Assembly: GCA_021794385.1 (NCBI GenBank)
Contig: JAJYQY010000086.1
Span: 3,216-67,215, forward strand
DNA: 64,000 nucleotides
Direction of reading: 5' to 3'
From: Pseudomonadota bacterium
GTDB taxonomy: Bacteria > Pseudomonadota > Gammaproteobacteria > Acidithiobacillales > Acidithiobacillaceae
A program made the translations under genes and the position numbers. Positions 58,982-64,000 of the stretch are shown here, in pieces (within the stretch, counting starts at the first letter, position 1; each line of letters starts with the position of its first letter). The notes under the pieces are model-generated. The model had not been told where the DNA came from. It was given only the letters and a program-made list of their open reading frames with translations, and did no database searches.

Positions 58982-59275
58982 ATGAAGAAGATCGTTGCGC
59001 TGACTGCTGCCCTGTCCTTCCTGACCGCTACCGCCGCCTTCGCGGAAGCCCCTGCCACCACCGAAAAGGCCCCTGCGAAGACCATGATGGAACATAAGAC
59101 CATGATGGAACATAAGGCTATGGAACACAAAGCCATGGAACATAAGGCTATGGAGGAAAAGGCCGAGGGCAAGGCCAAGGAGAAGGCCGAGCACAAGGCT
59201 ATGGAGAAGAAGGCCCATGGGCACAAGGCCATGGAGAAGAAGGCCGAACCCAAGACCGAAACCCCCGCGCAGTAA
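58982..59275 (+). CDS. Small secreted Lys/Glu/Ala/Met/His-rich repeat protein (97 aa)
   Basis: RBS GAGGAG, Sec signal ending AAFA, repeats KTMMEH/KAMEH/HKAMEKKA with synonymous codon variation, and its own terminator. Confidence 0.88.
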   Translation: MKKIVALTAALSFLTATAAFAEAPATTEKAPAKTMMEHKTMMEHKAMEHKAMEHKAMEEKAEGKAKEKAEHKAMEKKAHGHKAMEKKAEPKTETPAQ

Positions 59276-59329
59276 ATAAAGGCTTCCCTGCGCCGGCATC
59301 CCTCTGCCGGGTGCCGGTGTAGTGCCTGC

Positions 59330-59358
59330 GGCCCGAAGCCCCTGCTTCGGGCCTTTTT
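59330..59358 (+). terminator. Intrinsic terminator
   Basis: GGCCCGAAGC-CCCT-GCTTCGGGCC-TTTTT. Confidence 0.85.
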
Positions 59359-59516
59359 CTTGCCGAGACGACGGCCCAACCGGCAGGCCTGCCTAGGCAG
59401 GGTGCGTTTCCCAACACCTGGGTCCGGAGGCTCCCTTGCAGATCCCTCGTGCTTTCTCTAGTCTTAAGCATCTTTTGCTGCGGACACGGTGGGCCCATTC
59501 CCGCCCCTTTCCCTTC

Positions 59517-61034
59517 ATGGCTCTGCGTCCTAGCTCCATTTCCAAGCTGGTAGTCTTCGGTTTTGGCCTCGCCATCGTGCCACTGGTCCTGGTCATCGTT
59601 AGCGTCACCATTTCCATCGCCCATTTTGCCGAACAAGGTCAGACCAGCATCCTCCGCGCCGTGGCCATGAGCAATGCCGCCAATCGCATGACCAATGCGG
59701 TACGCTCCATGGAACGCTACGGTCTGCAGTACACGGTCCTGCAGGATCAGGCGCTGCTGGTCCTCTACCAGCAAAGTTACGACGATTACAAAAAGGCCGC
59801 AGCGCAATTCACCGCGGCCGCCCCCTCCCAGAGCGAGCGTCAACAACTTGGCAGCCTCGACACCAAGCTTCTGCGCGCCCGCCAACTCCTGCCCATCGTC
59901 GCCCTGGAGGGCAACCGCAGCGCCCTGGAAAGCGACTTTAGTCGGGCCGGTACTGCAGCACAGCACCTGCAAACCGCCGTCAACGAAGGCATCAGCACCG
60001 AAGTCGGCAAGCTCGGCACCCGCGCCCTCGCCATCAAGCGCATGACCCTGATGGAAGTACTCCTGGTCCTACCCCTGTCCATCACCGTCGCCATCTTCTT
60101 CATCGTCCTCATCACCCGGCCCATCCGTCGCCTTGATCAGGCCGTCTCCGGTCTCGGCGACGGCGACCTGGAGACTCCCATCGCCGTCAGCGGTCCCCGG
60201 GATATCGCCAGCGTAGGAGAACGGCTGGAATGGCTGCGCACCCGCCTCAATGCCCTGGAGGCCGCCAAGCTCCATTTCCTCCGCCAACTCTCCCATGAGC
60301 TCAAAACACCGCTCACCGCCATCCGCGAAGGCGCGGAATTGCTGCAGGAGGACCTCGGCCATGCGCTCGCTGCGGAACAGGAGGAGATTGTGCAGATCGT
60401 TCGCGACAATAGCCTCCGCCTGCAGCGACTCATTGAAGATCTGCTCAAATTCAGCCTGGCGGAGGGCCAGGCAGGGGCGGGAATGGCCCAGGCCGTCCCT
60501 CTGGTCGCCATCATCGAAGAACTGCTGCAGAGCTACAAACCGAGTTTGCGCAGCCAGTCGCTTCGCCTCGACCTGCGGATGGACCCGGTGAACGTGTGGG
60601 GACATCGGGACCGACTGCGCACGATTTGCGACAATCTCTTGTCCAATGCGGTGAAGTTCTCACCGCCAGGGAGTACCATTCACATTCGCCTCTTTGCCGA
60701 GGGTGCCAACGCGACCCTCGAAGTCGAGGACGAAGGTCCGGGCGTACCTGTCACCGAACGCGAGAAAATTTTTGATATCATGTATCAGGGTAGCGCCTCC
60801 AGCTCCGGAAAAGTGGAAGGCAGCGGTCTGGGCCTGGCGATTGCCAAGGAATATGTACTCAGTTATGGGGGAAGTCTTGAATTGCTCGTCAAAGAATCGT
60901 CAGGAGCCTGTTTCCGTGTGGTCCTACCCCTGGCGGAGGGGCCCAATTCCCCTAATCCTGTTGATAGCGCTGGGCGGCTGCGCCACCACGCTGCAAACGC
61001 CGGCGCCGAAGACCATCACCCTGGCACCGGGTGA
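59517..61034 (+). CDS. glrK: Sensor histidine kinase, GlrK/QseE-like
   Basis: Two TM segments, HAMP ending LEWLRTRL, FLRQLSHELKTPLTAIREGAELL, NLLSNAVKFSP and GSGLGL. Kinase-lipoprotein-bEBP gene order. Confidence 0.82.
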   Translation: MALRPSSISKLVVFGFGLAIVPLVLVIVSVTISIAHFAEQGQTSILRAVAMSNAANRMTNAVRSMERYGLQYTVLQDQALLVLYQQSYDDYKKAAAQFTAAAPSQSERQQLGSLDTKLLRARQLLPIVALEGNRSALESDFSRAGTAAQHLQTAVNEGISTEVGKLGTRALAIKRMTLMEVLLVLPLSITVAIFFIVLITRPIRRLDQAVSGLGDGDLETPIAVSGPRDIASVGERLEWLRTRLNALEAAKLHFLRQLSHELKTPLTAIREGAELLQEDLGHALAAEQEEIVQIVRDNSLRLQRLIEDLLKFSLAEGQAGAGMAQAVPLVAIIEELLQSYKPSLRSQSLRLDLRMDPVNVWGHRDRLRTICDNLLSNAVKFSPPGSTIHIRLFAEGANATLEVEDEGPGVPVTEREKIFDIMYQGSASSSGKVEGSGLGLAIAKEYVLSYGGSLELLVKESSGACFRVVLPLAEGPNSPNPVDSAGRLRHHAANAGAEDHHPGTG

Positions 61035-61326
61035 GACCATCATCAAGATCGCGACCCTGGAGGCCATGAAAGCACAGATCGCCGAGATGGAAAAACCGGT
61101 GGCAACAACGGCCAGTTGCCGTTCCGCCACGGCCGCGGCCACCAGCCTCGCGCAGCAGTTGGCCGAGGCACGAGCCGGTGATCCGGTTTATCAAAAACTG
61201 GAAGCCCGTATCAATGACCTACAAAACCGCCTTGCCCAGTCCCAGCAACGCGAGTCGGATCTACGCAAAAAACTCAACGAGCTGGTACAAATCGAGAAAA
61301 ATGCGGGCCTGCCCACCAAACGTTAA
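60916..61326 (+). CDS. Lipoprotein with C-terminal coiled coil, QseG-like by position
   Basis: GTG start after RBS CAGGAG, lipobox LGGC, and C-terminal LRKKLNELVQIEK resembling the QseG tail. Lies between kinase and regulator. Confidence 0.7.
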   Translation: MWSYPWRRGPIPLILLIALGGCATTLQTPAPKTITLAPGETIIKIATLEAMKAQIAEMEKPVATTASCRSATAAATSLAQQLAEARAGDPVYQKLEARINDLQNRLAQSQQRESDLRKKLNELVQIEKNAGLPTKR

Positions 61327-61333
61327 GGAAAGC

Positions 61334-62707
61334 ATGGACAAAGGCAAAATCTTACTGGTGGACGACGACGCAGACCTTCTGCGCCTCCTCTCCCTGCGCA
61401 TGAAAAGCGCCGGCTACACGGTGAGCACCGCCGCCAATGGCAGCGAGGCCCTGTCGATCCTGGCGATGGAACATCCGCGTCTGGTCGTCACCGACCTGCG
61501 CATGGACCAGATGGATGGAATGGCGCTGCTGGAAGCCATTCGCCGCGATTATCCCACCCTGCCGGTTATCATCCTCACCGCCCACGGTTCCATCCCCGAC
61601 GCCCTGGTCGCCGCCAATCAAGGTGTCTTTGCCTTTCTCACCAAGCCCTTCGACGGCAAGGACCTCATGGCCCAGGTCGAACGCGCCTTCTCCCTTACCG
61701 CCGCCCCCCTGCCCCCCGACGGCAAAAAACGCGCTGACCAGCCCGGCTGGGAGCGCATCCTTACCCGCAGCCCAAAGATGGAGGCGGTCCTGGATCAGGC
61801 GCGACTGGTGGCTGCCTCGTCGGCCAGCGTCTTTATTCACGGCGCCAGCGGTACCGGCAAGGAACTCCTGGCCCAAGCCATGCACCAGGCCAGCCCCCGC
61901 CGCGACCGGCCTTTTGTCGCCGTCAACTGCGCCGCCTTTCCCGAGCAGTTGCTGGAGTCCGAACTCTTCGGCCACAAAAAAGGCGCCTTCACCGGCGCCG
62001 CCACTAGTCATCAGGGTCTGTTCCAGGCTGCCGACGGCGGCACGCTCTTTCTCGACGAGATCGGCGACATGCCCCTCCCGCTCCAAGTCAAACTCCTGCG
62101 CGCCCTGCAGGAGCATTGTGTACGGCCGGTGGGGGCGACGGAAAGCATTCCCGTGGACGTGCGCATCATTTCCGCCAGTCACCGGGATCTGGAGCAGGAG
62201 ATGGCCGCCCGCCGCTTCCGCGATGACCTCTACTACCGCCTCTGCGTCGTCACCCTGGAACTCCCGTCCCTGGCCGAACGCCCCGAAGACATCCCTTTGC
62301 TCGCGGAGCATTTTCTGCGCGAGACCGCCAGCAAGAACCGCAAGGAAATCAATGGAATAACCCCAGAAGCCATGGAACTTTTGGTGGCCGCGCCCTGGCC
62401 GGGCAATGTCCGGCAACTGGCCAACGTCATCGAACAGGCGGTGGTCCTCTCCACCACCCCGCGCATCGGCGCCCCCCTCATCCGTCACGCCCTGCGCGAC
62501 AAGGAAGGCGAGGTGCTGCCCCTGGCCGACGCCAAGGGCCGCTTCGAAATGAACTACCTCATTCAGATCATGCGCATGACCCGCGGCAACGTGAGCCAGG
62601 CCGCGCAACTGGCGCAGCGTAATCGTACCGAGTTTTACCGCCTGCTGCGCCGCTACCACCTCGATCCTGCCGCCTTCAAGGAAAGCGGCGGGGACGACGA
62701 GGAATAA
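61334..62707 (+). CDS. glrR: Sigma54-dependent response regulator, GlrR/QseF-like
   Basis: LLRLLSLR, TDLRMDQMDG, LTAHGSIPDA, GAFTGA and C-terminal RNRTEFYRLL. Confidence 0.88.
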   Translation: MDKGKILLVDDDADLLRLLSLRMKSAGYTVSTAANGSEALSILAMEHPRLVVTDLRMDQMDGMALLEAIRRDYPTLPVIILTAHGSIPDALVAANQGVFAFLTKPFDGKDLMAQVERAFSLTAAPLPPDGKKRADQPGWERILTRSPKMEAVLDQARLVAASSASVFIHGASGTGKELLAQAMHQASPRRDRPFVAVNCAAFPEQLLESELFGHKKGAFTGAATSHQGLFQAADGGTLFLDEIGDMPLPLQVKLLRALQEHCVRPVGATESIPVDVRIISASHRDLEQEMAARRFRDDLYYRLCVVTLELPSLAERPEDIPLLAEHFLRETASKNRKEINGITPEAMELLVAAPWPGNVRQLANVIEQAVVLSTTPRIGAPLIRHALRDKEGEVLPLADAKGRFEMNYLIQIMRMTRGNVSQAAQLAQRNRTEFYRLLRRYHLDPAAFKESGGDDEE

Positions 62708-62752
62708 GGTCAGGGATCTTTGGGGCAGCGCCTCCCGGAGAGGCGCGGAAAC

Positions 62753-62845
62753 CGTAGGAGCGGCCCATGGCCGCGACCCAAACCCGTTGGTAAGGAAATG
62801 CGCCTGATTACCAAGGCCGGGTCGCGGCCATGGGCCGCTCCTACG
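62753..62845. repeat. Inverted GTAG-type REP pair (REPIN-like)
   Basis: 27-bp perfect inverted repeat CGTAGGAGCGGCCCATGGCCGCGACCC with inner stem TTGGTAA/TTACCAA, between convergent genes. Confidence 0.88.
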
Positions 62846-62933
62846 ATAGGATACGGGGACCGCGGGTCGTTGTTTCCCGCACCTGTTAGAATGGCCGCTG
62901 GCGCGGTGTCTTTTTGCCGCGCCGAACCCGGGA

Positions 62934-63773
62934 TCAGGCCGGCAGCAGGAAAGCCGGTGCCACCTGCGCGGCACGGTGCAGGTCGGCATGATAATAACGA
63001 TTGCCCGTAAAGGCCCGGGCATCAGTCTCCCGGAAGGCATCGAGGTCAAGCCCCTTGCGCCCCAGGGTGGCACTCCACCAACCGGACGGATAGCTGAATT
63101 GCGGAAAGTAAACGCTATTCACCGCCGCAAAGCCCGCTTCGGCCATGCGTGCCTGGCACTGACGAATGAGGTCGGCATGGAGGAGCGGCGACTCACTCTG
63201 GCCGACAAGCACACCTTTCTCCCCCAGCGCCCGATGACAGGCCCGATAAAATTCCGTGGAGAAAAGACCCGCCGCCGGTCCCACCGGGTCCGTCGAATCC
63301 ACAATAATGACGTCATACCGGCCGGCTTCGGCCTTCTCCACCCAGGCAATGCCGTCGGTAAAGTGGAAATGTGCGCGCCGGTCATGATTCTTCTCGCAGA
63401 GCAGCGGGAAAAAACGCTCCGCCACCCGGGTCACCCGCTCGTCCAATTCCACCATCACCGCCTCTTCCACCTCGGGATGGCGCAGGACCTCGCGCAAGGT
63501 GCCGCAGTCACCGCCGCCAATGATCAACACCCGGCGCGGGGCGGGGTGGGTGAAGAGTGCCGGGTGACTCATCATCTCGTGATAGAGAAAATTGTCCCGA
63601 TCCGTGACCATCACCAGGCCGTCCAGGGTCATCAGCGTACCAAAGCTCTCCGTGGCAAAGATCTCGATGCGTTGAAAGGGGCTTTGTTCGCGATGGAGCA
63701 CCTCGCGAATCTTCAGACTGAGGGCTGCGCCATGCTCTTCGTAGCGCTCGGTGTACCAAAGTTCAGTGCTCAT
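62934..63773 (-). CDS. speE: Spermidine synthase (polyamine aminopropyltransferase)
   Basis: SPFQRI, YHEMMSH, LIIGGGDCG, DVIIVDSTDP and YPSGWW motifs. Confidence 0.95.
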   Translation of the reverse strand: MSTELWYTERYEEHGAALSLKIREVLHREQSPFQRIEIFATESFGTLMTLDGLVMVTDRDNFLYHEMMSHPALFTHPAPRRVLIIGGGDCGTLREVLRHPEVEEAVMVELDERVTRVAERFFPLLCEKNHDRRAHFHFTDGIAWVEKAEAGRYDVIIVDSTDPVGPAAGLFSTEFYRACHRALGEKGVLVGQSESPLLHADLIRQCQARMAEAGFAAVNSVYFPQFSYPSGWWSATLGRKGLDLDAFRETDARAFTGNRYYHADLHRAAQVAPAFLLPA

Positions 63774-63850
63774 GGGCTTCTCTCATGGAAAGGGCGGGAT
63801 GGGCATCGATCTCGACTCCCTGGCGGATTGTGCAGAAGAATAGGCATAAA

Positions 63851-63879
63851 GAAAAGGCGGACCAGAACGGGCCGCCTTC
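63851..63879 (-). terminator. Hairpin with U-tract on the minus strand
   Basis: Minus strand reads AAGGCGG...CCGCCTTTTC, downstream of the partial upstream gene. Confidence 0.45.
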
Positions 63880-63896
63880 TTGCCTGAGCAAAAACT

Positions 63897-64000
63897 TCAG
63901 GCGCTTAACATGGGCACCGGCTTGACGCGTACCTCATGCGCCGGCACACCCATCATCTCCACCTGACCGCGCTTCATTTCCATGGTGGAAACCTGCCCGG
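63897..64000 (-). CDS. 3' end of a gene, probably S-adenosylmethionine decarboxylase
   Basis: Frame GQVSTMEMKRGQVEMMGVPAHEVRVKPVPMLSA*. The E-x-x-RG tail and position upstream of speE suggest SpeD, but only about 33 codons are visible. Confidence 0.5.
   Translation of the reverse strand, partial: GQVSTMEMKRGQVEMMGVPAHEVRVKPVPMLSA

Noticed and set aside
59078-59245. Short tandem DNA repeats that might be a CRISPR or VNTR array
   Set aside because: Units are 15-18 bp, in frame, without unique spacers, and vary synonymously. They are coding repeats of the secreted protein.
59276-59360. GlmY/GlmZ-like sRNA upstream of glrK
   Set aside because: Only a 3' hairpin and a terminator are visible, with no GlmY similarity I can recognise. 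A 3'-UTR-derived sRNA cannot be excluded without an Rfam search or RNA data.

Overview
GC-rich chromosomal window. Gene content suggests a chemolithotrophic proteobacterium resembling Acidithiobacillus; this is an inference, not an identification. Most of it is housekeeping: cyoAB start, rpiA-pdxH, leuCD, pmbA, miaB-phoH-ybeY-corC-lnt, ubiCA-priA, argS, lptD-surA-pdxA/rsmA, amgK-murU, kdsDC-lptCAB-rpoN-hpf-ptsN-hprK-rapZ-PTS, mutY-yggX and speE. It also carries an Isp-type (group 1e-like) [NiFe]-hydrogenase cluster, c-di-GMP signalling genes, a RES-Xre toxin-antitoxin pair and a glrK-qseG-glrR-like (QseEGF) system. I saw no rRNA, tRNA, CRISPR array, integrase or transposase. The strongest candidate for an undescribed system is at 58.7-62.7 kb. 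It reproduces the regulatory layout of the enterobacterial glmY-glrK-qseG-glrR locus (two TGTC-N10-GACA-like sites and a sigma54 promoter). The position held by the sRNA GlmY is instead occupied by a secreted, low-complexity protein with six HxxM repeats. Other oddities are an RqcP/YabO-type S4 protein inside surA-pdxA, an EexN-like (entry exclusion) protein coupled to kdsD, and a ~205-bp rod-shaped repeat flanking asmA-mutY. There are also twin DnaA-box clusters before priA, an antisense HNH gene splitting pdxA-rsmA, GTAG-type REP pairs, and overlapping perfect AT palindromes upstream of cyo. All family calls rest on motif recognition by eye; no searches were run.
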